Assembly: GCF_030028105.1 (NCBI RefSeq)
Contig: NC_092391.1
Span: 4,995,223 to 5,059,222, forward strand
Origin: Mobula birostris
Lineage: Eukaryota
Direction: 5' to 3'
DNA length: 64,000 nucleotides
The notes under the pieces are model-generated. The model was not told the origin of the DNA. It saw only the letters and a program-made list of their open reading frames with translations, and searched no databases. Every line of letters begins with the position of its first letter. The stretch's first letter is position 1. Made by a program: the position numbers and the translations under genes. Positions 37,978 through 50,625 of the stretch are shown in pieces.

Positions 37978-38616
37978 TTCTGCAAAAAATTTTGACAGCT
38001 TTTGCTGTTTCCCATAAGTGTTCAATTCAGCAGAGCTGAGATGCATTCCAAAAATAATTTGTATATAAAATAATGGCTTCCCCTGGGTAGTAAAATCGCC
38101 ATCTATGATTAGGATACTGCAATACTCTCAGTAAGTGTTTTAGCAATTATACTGCTCACTTTAATTTATTCATCTAATGAGGTTATCTGTGTTTGGAATG
38201 GTGGAAGTGGGAGATGAGGAGTAAGAGCTTTTACATTCACAAACTAATTAACTAATTATCTGACTATGTAAAAGAGTGTACACATTTGAATTTTAATTGC
38301 ACAGATGCCAAATGGCTGCCTTTCCCTTTGTCAGATTAAATTACATGTAACATTGATTTTCAACATCGTTTACTAAAGCTATGTTTCCTGTCTCTTCCTC
38401 ATCCTGTAACTCTGTGAACCATGACCTGTTTTAGTGGAAGTCACTGCTGGTAGTTGGACTCCAAGGTTCCTAAGCTGTTCTTTTAATTCTCTCTTCCTTG
38501 GCCCAGCATACCAAGGTTAATTGTATTCTCTTAGCAAGGGAGAAGCAGATTGAGCTGAGACCAGGAAATTTGTGGTATTGTGAAAACTTCAATTGAAACT
38601 ATTGGTAGATTGATCA

Positions 38617-38752
38617 ACAAACAAGAGAAAATCTGCAGATGCTGGGAATCCACGCAGCACACACAAAATGCTGGAGGAACTCAGCAGGCCAGGCAACATC
38701 TATGGAAAAGAGTACAGTCGACGTTTCGGGCCAAGACCCTTCAGCAGGTCCT
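38617..38752 (-). mobile_element. Penelope-like pLTR fragment with hammerhead motif
   Basis: Minus strand gacCTGCTGAaGGGTCTTGGCCCGAAACGTCgactgt. Confidence 0.8.
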
Positions 38753-38969
38753 GAACTCCTTACAGACAGCAGTGGGAATTGAGCCCTGATCTTCTGATCA
38801 CTGGCATTATGCTAACCGAAAATGGTGCTGCCCTATGCTACCGTGTTGTCTGTACAATTACCACCATTGCAATGGAGACTAGATTTCCTAATTACTATCT
38901 CCTTTTGTTCACAGCTTGTGTAACACCCCTAGTCCTAACTCTACCATGCAGATGTAGTTATAAGGTGAT

Positions 38970-39618
38970 TAGACCACAAGGCATCGAAATAGAATTAGGC
39001 CATTCAGCCTATTTATTATCCCTTTCAACTCTATTTTCGTACCTTAACCCCATAGCCTTTGATGTCCTGACTATTAAAGAACCTATCAACCTCCGCTTTA
39101 AATATATCCAGTGACTTAGCCACCACAGCCGTCTCTGGCAGTGAATTCCACAGATACCCAAACCTCTGGTTAAAGAAATTCCTCCTCGTTTCAAAGTGGA
39201 TGCCCCTCTATTCTGAGACTGTGCTCTCTGGTCCTAGGCTCCCCCACTATAGGAAACATCCTCTCCATGTCCACATGCCTTTCAATATTCGATAGGTTTC
39301 AATGAGATCTCTCTTCTTTCTTTGAAACTCCAGTGAGTACGAGCCCAGAACCATTAAACACTCCGGATACATTAACCCTTTCATTCCTGGAATCATTCCC
39401 ACGAACCTCCTCTTGTCCCTCTCCAATGCTAGCACATCTTTTCTGAGATAAGGGGCCCAAAACTGCTCACAATACTCCAAGTGCAGTCTGACCAGTGTAT
39501 TATGAAGCTTCAGCCTTAATTCCTTGCTTTTATATTCTAGTCCTCTCAAAATGAGTGCCAGCATTGTGTTTGCCTTTCTTACCACCGACTCAACCTGAAA
39601 GTTAACCTTTAGGGAATT
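38970..39618 (-). mobile_element. CR1 LINE 3' end
   Basis: ORF 39247..39585 contains LVRLHLEYCEQFWAPYLRKD. Confidence 0.88.
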
Positions 39619-40570
39619 ATCTGTTCATAATTCGATCAAATTGAGTCTTAACACATGAAGGTTTTCGTTAACTTGTCGTTAATTGTCTCAAAGTTGATTT
39701 TTAAATTAAGCCAGTGTGATTAATTGCTCACCTCGAAAGCTGTTGCAGCGGCTTGCTTTGCCATGGGATTTTGAGCAGCACTTGTAATCTGGCCTTTGCT
39801 ACCTATTTCTCTTTGAACTACAAAGAGCAGAGTTTGATCATTCCTTGTCTCCAAGGGAAATTGCATCATTTTAGCTGTAGCAGTTTTTATTACATGAAGT
39901 GAGATCTTCCCTGATGTGCTTTTATCCGAAATGAAGGATGAATATCTCTCTGTGTAAGACTCAGAATTATATTTATTATCACTGACTTACACGATGCGAA
40001 ACTTGTTTTGTGGAAGTAGTACTCTTCAAAGACGTAAAATTACTGTAAATTTAAAAAGTGCCAAAAATTGTAGTGTTCATGGACTAGCAAGAAATCTACT
40101 AGCAGAGGGGAAAAAGCAGTTTCTACATCATTGAGTGAGGGTCTTCTGGTTTTTGTACCTCACCCTGATGGCAGTAGTGAGAAGAGGGCATGTCTTGGAT
40201 GGTGACGGTCCTTAGTGATAGATGCCACGTTCTGAATATGGGTCGGCTACTGCACAGGATTGAAATAAGCTGCAGAGAGTTGTAAACCGTCTTCTCCGTC
40301 ACAAGCACTAGCATCCATAGTATCCAGGACATCTTCAAGGATGCCTCAAAAAGGCAGTGCCCATTGTTAAGTAGCCCCATCACCCAGGACATGTCCTCTT
40401 CTCATTGCTACCATCAGGAGGGAGGTACAGGAGCCCGAAGACACACACTCAACGGTTCAGGAACAACTTCTTCCCCTCTGCCATCGAATTTCTGAATGGA
40501 CATTGAACCCACAAACACTACCTCACTACTTTTTTATTTCTCTTTGTGCACTACTTACTTAATTTAACTA

Positions 40571-42006
40571 CACTCATGCTGAGGATGTGTTCCTCGGAGG
40601 TGGAAAGCTATGTAAGTATGCAGGGTTATTGTAACATTGTATAAATGGACATGTGTGCCTGATTTTTTAAAAATCAAGCCTAAGATGTATGATGTATTAT
40701 TTTATGTATACACAGTATTTCCTGGAGTAACAAACACCCAAATAGGCCTACCCTGTACATCAGTGGAGCAGCAGCACATTACGGCTGCAGTGGAGGGAAG
40801 TGGGTGGTGGTTACATCTTAAAGGAGGGGCCGGGCTGTGGGTGGTCCTCTAAATTTGCCGGCTACTTCAAGTAGATGTCAAGATTTGACTGCCTTATCTT
40901 AAGTTTCCTCACACAAATCAGTTCTTGTTAGTAGGAATTCATGTTGAGAACGCCTCTCTTTGCCTTATTGCTTCACTCCCAGTCAGAGTCATTATCGATG
41001 AACTGGTCTGTGATTTGTAAGATCGTGCCGATACTAGTGCTGAGGAATTTTGTGGTTAATCGGTCCTTTGCAGCCTTGAAGCCAGTTGCATGTTTCTGTG
41101 GGGGATGAAAGTACGAGAAGGCATTCGTTTCCAGAATAGCCCCGTTTCATCCATATTGAAGACAAGCTTGGGAGGATAATCTTCCTTTTCGATTCTGGCC
41201 TTCAGTATTGCAAGAAAATCCTGGGCTGCCTTGCTGTCTGCTCTAACCGCTTCACCAGCAATACGTATGCTATGGAGGTTACTGCACTGTTTAAATTGAT
41301 CAAAGAAACCTCTGCTGTCTGTGAATGTTACCGACATATCATCATCTTCTTGAATATGATTGAAGATGTTTATTGCCTTTTCCATTATCCTCAGCTGGCT
41401 TCAGGGCATGTTTCATTGTGTTTGGTCATCCACCCATAAATTTAGTCTATTTTCTATTTTTCAAGCAATTGAAATAATTCTTGAACTGATCACCTTCGTT
41501 GATGATAACTTTGAGGTCGTTGTTGCAGAAACTTTTATCTTGTCTGCATTTTTTATAATTGTTCTGATCATCAATGTGGTTGATTTCAAAGAGGCACCAA
41601 CATCAACCTGACACTCACCACCTTCCAAACGCAGTGTCACTTGCAGTTTCACATCCATGCTAGGGCTTTTCCAAGCCATCTTGGATGTACTGCCCTCACT
41701 GGAAGTTGCAGAATGTTTTCCAGACATCATGGGTGGAAAAAAAAAATGGAATAAATTGGTGAGGAAGCAAGTATGTTTACAAATGCAGAGGAGGCAGAGT
41801 GTCAACTAATACATGATTGGTTGTGAGTGGCTCAGACCATATGTAGAGCACTCTCATTGGCTGATTGAATGTTGACTGTAATGCCAGCCACTCGAAGTTT
41901 GTTTAGAATGAATTTTTGTAATTTTTAAACATTTCAATAAAGAATTGAATACCCATGTTGTAATGAATCAATGCTCTGCAGGGTAGCATTATGCAGTGTC
42001 TGAGTG
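40571..42006 (-). mobile_element. Tigger/pogo DNA transposon remnant with transposase fragments
   Basis: HTH region KSPSMDVKLQV...RTIIKN (41461..41805) and CENP-B/DDE-like SRGFFDQFK...VFNMDETGLFWKRMPSRTFI (41056..41385). Ends TA|cactca ... tgagtg|TA; inserted in a + strand Rex1 tail. Confidence 0.85.
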
Positions 42007-42753
42007 TATTTAATTTGTATATACTTTCTGTAATTCAGTTTTTGCTTCTGTTATGTATTGCATTGTACTGCTGCCGCAGAGACAAAAAATTTCACGATAT
42101 ATGCAGGTGATAGTAAATCTGATTCTGAAGAGGGTATGTCCTAGATGGTGAGGGTCCTTAATGATACATTCCACGTTCTTGAAGAGTAGCCACTTGGTGA
42201 TGCCCTCTGTGGTGGGGAGGCCAGACGGGGCTGGCTGACCCTACAACCTTCTGCAGCCTCTTGTAATCCTGTGTGTTGGAGCCTCCTACCAGGCTGTGAT
42301 GCAGCCAGTCAGAAAGGTCTATTTAAAGAGTATTTGGAAGTCTAAACTAGAAGAGTAGAGACCAAGTTCTTGGAGGTGTGATTTGGTGGATAACTTCCAG
42401 TTTTGATGAATTTGATGGACTGAACGGCCTGGGTGTGTGACATAAACATGACTCTTTTCCAGGCAGCTAGTTAGTATCAGAACAATGGAGAATTGCCCTC
42501 TTCCATAATGCGACATTGATTTGGGAGAACTCGCCAGAGTAGCTATTTCCATTGTGACTTAATTTAGAACAAAACATCATGTATTAAACATACGTTTAGT
42601 TATAGTAGTGCAGAAAAATTAATTCTACATAGTTTAGGTAAAATTGTTATCAATAATTTCATATTGTGGTTTTATAAAAATAGATCATTATGTGACACTT
42701 ATTTGTGAGCACAGTTTTTCTTGAAATTTCTAATCATCTCATATTTTATATAG

Positions 42754-42904
42754 GCATCTAAATTTGAGTGTAAGACCCAAGCCTCTGCCGGCTTTAGTGA
42801 GAAGCGGTGTTCCTGAGGCTCTTCGAGGTGAGGTGTGGCAGCTTCTTGCAGGATGTCACAACAATGACCAGATGGTAGAAGACTACAGACTCCTTATCAC
42901 AAAA
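42754..42904 (+). CDS. RABGAP1: RABGAP1 internal coding exon (151 nt, phase 2-0), start of TBC Rab-GAP domain
   Basis: attttatatAG acceptor, GTaagt donor; (W)[50 protein letters not shown] contains the TBC G(V/I)P..LR..VW motif. Confidence 0.96.
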
Positions 42905-43364
42905 GTAAGTAATTTTGCAATTAAGCAAATTTGTGTGCCTGGCTTCTACTGAATAGAATATGCTTATTTGGTTGATGGACAGGATTGTTTCTACATCTTG
43001 CCTGTACTTTGTCGTCTTGTGTCGGTTGCAAAATTTAATTTTGAAATCAATCTAGTTAAATGGCAAGCAATTGTTCCAATTGGTGAATTGTCCAGGAAGT
43101 GCTTATGCAAGTAATCTCTCAGTCCTAGTTGGATTTCAGCCAAATGCTTTATAGTTGTTGCTTAATCTCTTTGCCATCCATTAAGTTATCCGTATATGAA
43201 TAATATTACAAGTAATCTGGGTTTATAAATGGTTTATCAGGGGCTGTTATGAAACATGTCAGGTTCTGATTAATTGTTTAGTGACATTCATTAATCTTTG
43301 GAATTTTTTGATCTTTGGAGCTTGCTTCCATTTTTAATATTGCCAATTTTTCTGAGGTGTCTCT

Positions 43365-43825
43365 TCAAAGTTCAAAGTAAATTTATTATCAATATACATA
43401 TATGTCATCATATACAACACTTAGATTTGTTTTCTTGCAGGAATTCACAGTAAATACAAATAAACAATAGAATCAATGAAAGCCTGTACATGATAGATAA
43501 ATGACCGATGTGCACAAGACAACAAACTGCAAATACAAAAAGTAAAACAATAACAAATAAATAAATAGTAAATATTGAGAATACGAGATGAAGGGTCCTT
43601 GAAAGTGAATCTGTTGGTTGTGGGAACAGTTCAGTGGTGGGCTGAATGAAGTTGAGTGAAGTTATCCCCTCTGGTTCAGGAGCCTGATGGTTGAGGGGTA
43701 ATAACTGTTCCTCAACCTGGCAGTATGGGCCCTGAGGCTCCTGTGCCACATCCCTGGTGATAGCATTGAGAAGAGAGGTGGTGGAGGTTCTTGATGATGG
43801 ATGCTGCTTTCCTGTGATAGCTGCT
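43365..43825 (-). mobile_element. Rex1/Babar LINE 3' end
   Basis: RSLRAHTARLRNSYYPSTIRLLN; ttcaaagttcaaagtaaatttatt terminus. Confidence 0.75.
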
Positions 43826-44159
43826 TTTTTGGGCTGCAGTATAGTACTTGGAAGAGTTTGTGCTCTTCAAATAACTCAAGCATTTATTGTTAAAATGCCC
43901 TTCTGAAGCTGACCCATGGGGAAATCGCCATTTTCTTTCCTAAAGCATGGATACCAGTTTCCGTATTGACATTTCAGATGCCAGATATTTTAGAAGTTTT
44001 AATTCAATAAAGAAATTTCAAAGCTAGGCATTTAATTTCTCTTTTGCAATAGAAGTACCCAATTTCCCTGGGGATCAATAAAGTATATCTATCTATCTAT
44101 CTATCTAAATAATTGTGAAAAATAATAACCTTTATCAGGTCAAGTAATTTAAACTGGTC

Positions 44160-44362
44160 ACTCTCTACTTTGTACATAGTTTTCTTCTTTCGATTGTTCT
44201 TTCTTTCCTCTCCTTTCTATAGGTGTTTACCTCAGATAAATATTATGTGGAGATTTGTGACAAATATGACTATATGATATATATGTACAGTATCTGAAAT
44301 ACATCTTATGGAAAGTTTTGTTTGATGATGAACTTCAATAAAAAATAAATTACAAAAAAAAA
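44160..44362 (+). mobile_element. Poly(A)-tailed retroelement 3' end (L1/Tx1-like)
   Basis: T-rich UTR-like sequence, then ttcaataaaaaataaattacaaaaaaaaa. Confidence 0.5.
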
Positions 44363-44914
44363 GAAAATCTTTTCTCCTGTTCAAAATGCCATTAATTCAC
44401 CAGCACTTGCATTGGGTACTTGTAACAGGACAAATGTAGTTCCTATTGGTTCTGTGTTCTTGATTTGAAATGTACATTGAGGATCAGTTTACATCACCAA
44501 TACAGTGTTTCTGGTAAAAAAAAAATAAGGAACTGTGGTAATTAAAGATTTGTAGAGTCATTGAGTAATACAGCAGGGAAACTGGCCCTTTGGCCCATCT
44601 CGTTCATGCCAGCCGCTGCTCACCAAACCAGTCCCATATACCTCTAAACCCACCCCCCAAAACCAAATGTACAGGTATCTTTTGAATGTTATTGTACCTG
44701 CCTCAACCACTTTATTTGGCAGCTCTTTCTGTCTGTTGTATGCACACCCTCTGTGTGAATAAGGTCCATCCTTGGTCCCTTTTAAATCTTTCCCCTTGCC
44801 TTAAGCTTGTGCCTTTTGAGTTTTTAGTTCCCCATCCCTCAGGGTGGGGTGAAAGACTGTGCATTGACCCTGTCTACACCCCTCATTAAACTTACAGAGG
44901 TGCATAGTGGGTGT

Positions 44915-45285
44915 CGAAGTGGAGGTACGTCTTTACCAAAGAAGGTGTAAGGCACTCCTTCCCTCTGCTGGCGTACAGGTCACCCTTGGGCAAGGTATAG
45001 CACCTACTTAGACCCTGATCAGGGTCACGTGAAGCCATGGGAGCAGGTGTTGGATGGTCATGTGATATGCACCAGCTGCTCATAAGTCCTGGTTATGTGA
45101 CCACTGATGCCAGGCAGGCAGTTTCTGAAAAGTATTGATAACGGCTGGGGACACCTGTCTTGTAAAGACACTGCCCAGAAGAAAGCAATGGCAAGCCATT
45201 TCTGCAGAAATATTTGCCAAGAACAGTCATGATCTTTGAAAGACCATGATCACCCATGTCATATGACACGGCACATAACAAACAA
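44915..45285 (+). mobile_element. RTE-tailed SINE-like element
   Basis: Full-length family member; tail atgatcacccatgtcatatgacacggcacataac. Confidence 0.72.
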
Positions 45286-45978
45286 TCGAAGAGGTCCATA
45301 AATAACGAAATTCTCCACATTCTACACTGCAGCCTGAAGAGGCATCTCAGAAACTGGAAATGTAAAATAAAAAGCATGGTCCAAAGATTAAAAACTTGAT
45401 GACAGTCACTAAAGAATTAGTCAGAACCCAACATATTTCAGAACAGTTTCTGGTAAACCTAATAACAACCCAGATTACCTGTATCTTGTAAAATGTTATT
45501 CCCCTATGTACCAAGGATGAAAGTCGTAGCCTGCCCAACCTGTTCCAATAACTTAGGCCTTCTATTTCACCCTTTTTGTTGAGAGTAAGCTGTTTTGGTA
45601 CGGTCAGCTGAACAGCTTCTTGCGTTGGAAGTGTTTATAATTTTGTGATAAATATATACTGAGAATAATCCACAAAGGAATGAGACTATTTGGGTAGTTT
45701 TACCAAAGACGCAACACAGGTGAATGGCTTCCTGTGCATTACATTTCTGTGCCTCTGTTACCTGTTTGGAAGTTGCTATGGTTTTCCTTGCCTTTTTAAA
45801 AATTCTATTTGTGCTTGTACCTGAGCTTCAGGTTAATTTATAAAATTTGATTGCAAGTCCCATTTCTGGTATTAGTGATTAAGCAGATATTGACAGCATT
45901 GATGTGTAGTTATTTTCCAAAAGTTGCAGTGTGTACAAATTGGAGCTTCAATCTGAACCCTTGGATTACTGTCCAGAA

Positions 45979-46061
45979 CAGGGGTTTCCAACCTTTTTTT
46001 TGTTGCCACGGACCTCTACCATTAATCGAGGGGTATGTGGATACCAGGTTGGAAACCCCTG
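45979..46061. mobile_element. hAT MITE
   Basis: caggggtttccaacct ... aggttggaaacccctg perfect 16-bp TIR; flanks gtccagaa/gtttagaa. Confidence 0.82.
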
Positions 46062-46197
46062 GTTTAGAATTAAACAGCAAGGTCCTGTAGGGAAGAAAAA
46101 ATTAACTTCTATTTGATGTTAGTATAACATTGGCTGAAAGCTAAAATGATGTAAATGTAGTGTTATGCATCTTTAATTTATTTGAGACCAGTATGTT

Positions 46198-46505
46198 GGG
46201 CGGCATGGTAGCGTAGTGGTTAGTGTTACGCTTTACAGTGCAAACGATCAGCGTTCAGTTCCCAACACTGTCAGTGAGGAGTTTGTACATTCTTCCTGTG
46301 ACCATGTGGGTTTCTTCCAGGAACTCTGGTTTCACCCACATTGCAAAGACGTTCAGGTAAGTTGTAGGCATGCTTGGCACTGGAAGCATGATGACACTTG
46401 TGGGCTGCCCCCAGCACATCCTTGGACTATGTTGGCCTTTTTCACAAGTGACACATTTCACAATTGTGTTTCGATGTCCATGTGACAAATAAAGCTAATT
46501 TTTAA
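46198..46505 (+). mobile_element. V-SINE
   Basis: gggcggcatggtagcgtagtggttag tRNA-like head, V-domain, gacaaataaagctaat tail. Confidence 0.8.
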
Positions 46506-47914
46506 TTCTTTATGGTAGAACACCTGAAATTAATATTTTGTAGTTTTGATTGAAATGGAATTTTTGATGTTTAAGTTTGATTCTTATTTCTGATCATGAT
46601 GTATTGTTGGCAATGGTGTCATAATGCTTATTCCCTTGTGCTAGATTAGCTGGTGTTGGTTCCATTTGGTTTAGACTTGTTTTATCAGATAAAATGCCCC
46701 AGCACCGGAGCCCAGAAACCATTTTAGATTTGTGACCAGGAGATTTCCATGAGAATTAGCTTTAATATCTTTATGTTTCTTAATTCTGAGCTAGATCGTT
46801 ACTGTTCTAATAAGTGAGAAAGAAAAACAAGTAGTGCTTTTTAAGCATGTTTAATGCCATTTCCAGTACTCTAGTGTAAAGGAGAACTAAATAATTTTGT
46901 GTGTGTACTCATATTCATAAAATGAGGCTAGGCACAGGAGTGTCTGTACATAAACTGACTGACAGGAAATAATAAATAGTGCTGGTTGGGGGTGTGGAGG
47001 GGTGGGTTAGTAGGTGAAGGTGTTGATCAGCCTTACTGTTTGGGGAAAGTAACTGTTTCTGAATTTGGTGACCCTGGATTAGATGCTACATAGCCTCCTC
47101 CTTGATGAGAGTGGAGTGGGACAAACAGGCTAATTTTAACATAGCCACTGCCACAACCTGACTGGAATTGACGGCACTGATAGAGCATACATTGAACTTG
47201 AAGTTTCTGATCCATGTGCATTTATCCAGCACTGTGGACTGAACAGTTCAGGGGAAAAATTAAATACTGAAAAATACTTTACAGAAAAATGGATTGTCTG
47301 TTATCCCAAAGGAAATCGTCTATTTACTGTTTACTAGGAAAAGTAAATTATTCTGTCATGTTCACATCTTTCTCAGGTGGGTTTTGAAATTGCTCCATTT
47401 TGGGTGCTTGCTTTGTAATCTGAGATTAACCTTTTATGTGTCCTATTGTGATGGATGAGTCTGTGGGATTTGGAGAGGGCAGAAGGCTGAGGAGAAAGTG
47501 GTAAACTCTGGTTTGGAAGAATAATTGCACAACTCTCAATACTCACAATGTCGCATCGGTCTGCTTGCTCCATGAAGGTTAGACCACATGCTCGCTTCTG
47601 AGCTCAGCTCTGGGTCTTAAGCTTAGGTTTCTAATAACTATTCTTCAAGTTGTACCATTCTTGACCAGGTGTCGTTAGATTAATGTCTAATAAAGTGGGT
47701 TTTTTCAAGGCTGTCACCTCATTTTGGTCACAAGATGTTTCAGTTGACTATAACATACATAGCCTCCTCACTGCATCTAGATCAGTGCTGACAAGCAAAA
47801 TAAAAATAAAAAAATAAAATTAGAACTCATATTGTATTTTTATATTCCTTTCTGAACTTTGATCGTCTGGAAACCAGAACTTCAAGGATATTGAAATATG
47901 AAATTTAAAAATAC

Positions 47915-48205
47915 CTTTTACCTTTTCCACCTATCGCCTCCCAGCTCCTTATTTCATCTCCCCTCCCGCACACACCCGCCTTCCCCCTCATCTGTTCTCA
48001 CCTATCACCTGCCAGCTTGTCTTCCTTCCCCTCTTTCCCCCACTATACTTATGGGTTCTTCCCTCTTTCCAGTACTGATGAAGAGTCTCGGCCTGAAACA
48101 TCAACTGTTTATTCCTATCCATAGTAGCTGCCTAACCTGCTGAGTTCCTCCAGCATTTTATGTGTGTTGCTCTGGATTTCCAGCATCTGCAGAATGTCTT
48201 GTATT
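47915..48205 (+). mobile_element. Penelope-like pLTR fragment
   Basis: Pyrimidine-rich region, hammerhead motif, then gctgagttcctccagcattt...gcatctgcag. Confidence 0.8.
48070..48107 (+). ncRNA. Minimal hammerhead ribozyme motif (intact core boxes, weak stems)
   Basis: CAGUA-CUGAUGA-A-GAGUCUCGGCCU-GAAA-C-AUC-AACUG. Confidence 0.5.
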
Positions 48206-48540
48206 TATTATTTTAAAATGCAAGTTACACAATTTAGCAAATACCTTTTGTGGCAAGGGATACAGATTTCCCAAAATTTATGCTGCTTTCATTAATTGGA
48301 TGTGAACAAAATGTTCTATGGACAAGTTTAATTTGTGTCAGTAATTTGATTTTTATTTAGTGCAGAAAGCAAAGGTTAATATCTCTTGTTTGGTGTGTAA
48401 ATGCTTCTTGGATAACTGCAGATTGTAGAGCTTCGCAGAATCAGTGGGATAATATTTCTGAGAGGATTATGATTTTTTTTCCCCAAGGGAAATGTTGGAC
48501 TATTCAGATTTATTTATCACATGTACATTAAAACATAGAG

Positions 48541-48885
48541 TGATGGGATGGAGGTACATCTCTACCAAAGGAGGTGAAAGGTGCTCCTTCCCTTCACTAG
48601 CCTGCAGGTTGCCCTCGGGCAAGGTATCACATCTGCTTAGCACCCCAATCAGGGTCACGTGAAGCCATGGGAGCAGGTGGTGGATGGTCTTATAAGCAAC
48701 TGGTACATATCCCAAGACCTGGTTATGTGACCACTGACACCAGGTAATCTCTGAAGAGTTTTGATAATGGCTGAGGTCGACCACCTTGTAAAGACACTGC
48801 CCAGAAGGTCAAAACATTTGCCAAGAACAATCATGATCATAGACCATGATTGCCTATGTCTTGCAACACAGCACATAACGAACAA
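48541..48885 (+). mobile_element. RTE-tailed SINE-like element
   Basis: Same 5' start and tail (gcacataacgaacaaac) as the other copies. Confidence 0.7.
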
Positions 48886-48899
48886 ACATTGAAATGTAG

Positions 48900-49650
48900 T
48901 GAAGGCAGCAGTGGAGGCCAAGTCATTGGGTGTATTTAAGGCAGAGATTGATAGGTATCTGAGTAGCCAGGGCATCAAAGGTTATAGTGAGAAGGCGGGG
49001 GAGTGGGACTAAATGGGAGAATGGATCAGCTCATGATAAAATGGCGGAGCAGACTCGATGGGTCGAATGGCCGACTTCTGCTCCTTTGTCTTATGGTCTT
49101 ATGGTTTTATGGAAATGCATCATGGGTGTGTTGGGGATGTGTCACCATATATTCAAGCACTGACATAGTATGCCCACCATGTTCAGCAGAGCAATGCAAA
49201 GCACAACAATGCAGAACAGATGGTCAAAGAGACATTAGGTTAGATCATCCAAAGCTTGTTCTTTAAAATGCCATTATGGTAAAAAGAGAGGCTGTTTCTG
49301 GCAACTGAACAGAGTCAAAAAAAAAGTTAGGAGATGTCGTGGGAGAATCTAGGACCAGAGGACACAGCCTCAGAATAGAAGGAATACCCTCTAGAACAGA
49401 GATGAGGAGGAAATTCTTTAACCAGAGGTTGGTGAATCTGTGGAATTCATTGCCATGGATGGCTGTGGAGGCCAAGTCATTGGGTATATTTTAAGGGGAG
49501 ATTGATAGGTTCTTGATTAGTCAGGGTATTACAGGCTCTGAGGAGACAGTGGAGAATGGGGTTGACAGGGGAAATAAATCAGCCACGATTGAATGATAGT
49601 GCAGAGTCAGAGGGCCAAATAGCCTAATCCTGCTCATATGTCTTATGGTC
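48900..49650 (+). mobile_element. Two CR1 3'-end fragments (48900-49090, 49340-49650)
   Basis: gtggaggccaagtcattggg motif and tcttatggtcttatgg tails. Confidence 0.8.
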
Positions 49651-50337
49651 TTGTACTGTTTCAAAAAAATATGTACTTTATTCCTGGATTATGAAAAGCT
49701 TTAGTCATAATCACCTGGAGAAAATAGTTCAGTTGCAGAATGTGTTTTCAGCACAGTAACAATGATGGCACATATCTGTTTACACACTGATTCCTGTCTG
49801 AAATGTATAAATCTCCTGCCATTTTGGGCTTGTAATTTATTTGGACTTTGCATGGAAGTTGGGAATCATATGACTACAAACTGCTTCAAGTATGATTAGA
49901 CAATTTACTCATTATATTTTCAAAATAAGGTAAGTTCATATCAGTGTCTTTACATTTGATATAGATTATTTGATTTATTTTCCATTTGTTATTGAAACAA
50001 GTCATTTGCCTGAAAGGGAGATTTGCAATTCCCAAGTTCTTATTGAGACTTTTCTTCATAACACAGATGTATCATATTAATTTTTCATATTAAGTTTTAA
50101 TTACAATTCTATTTTACATTTTACTTTTAATTTTTTTTACATGTCCACAAATCTTCAAAATGAGATCTGGAATAAAGTCATGCAAAAAGTCATTTGAATA
50201 TTCATGAAGCATTTTAATTTATTTCTAATTAGAGCCCAACTCTGATAGTTATGCACATATTCAAAACAGTACTCAGCTTTGTAATATTGTGCTAATTTAA
50301 AAACATTCTAACAACACATTTAGTTATATTGATTTTA

Positions 50338-50437
50338 GGGCATCACAGTACCATAGAGGTTAGCACACTGCTATTACAGCTTGGAGTGTCAGAGTTCAAA
50401 TCCAGTGCTGTCTGTAAGGAGTTTCTATGTCCTTCTC

Positions 50438-50481
<44 letters not shown>

Positions 50482-50625
50482 AGTTCCTCCGGTTTCCTCC
50501 CACTTTCCAATGGTCTATCCATTAGTGGGTAAGTGCTCATTGTAAATTGTCCCATGATTAGGCTAGAGTTAAATAGGTGTGTTGCTGGGCGGTGTGGCTT
50601 GTTGAGATGGTATCTCAAAATAAAA
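50338..50625 (+). mobile_element. V-SINE containing a (TG)n microsatellite at about 50437-50479
   Basis: tRNA-like head and V-domain with the TG run expanded at the gcgtgg position. Confidence 0.75.

Noticed and set aside
41056-41805. Domesticated TIGD/CENP-B-like host gene
   Set aside because: The frames are broken by stops and frameshifts, the DDE domain is truncated, and the element sits at a TA inside another repeat.
2691-42904. Assignment to RABGAP1L
   Set aside because: Diagnostic segments (GKDVRNSD, SSDGKSY, ERERRKTTASP, DNDEPLLSGSG) match RABGAP1 as I recall it, not the paralogue.
46198-46270. tRNA genes at A/B-box-like sequences (also about 14606, 22815, 30350, 55553)
   Set aside because: No complete cloverleaf; each continues into the V-domain and tail of a SINE.
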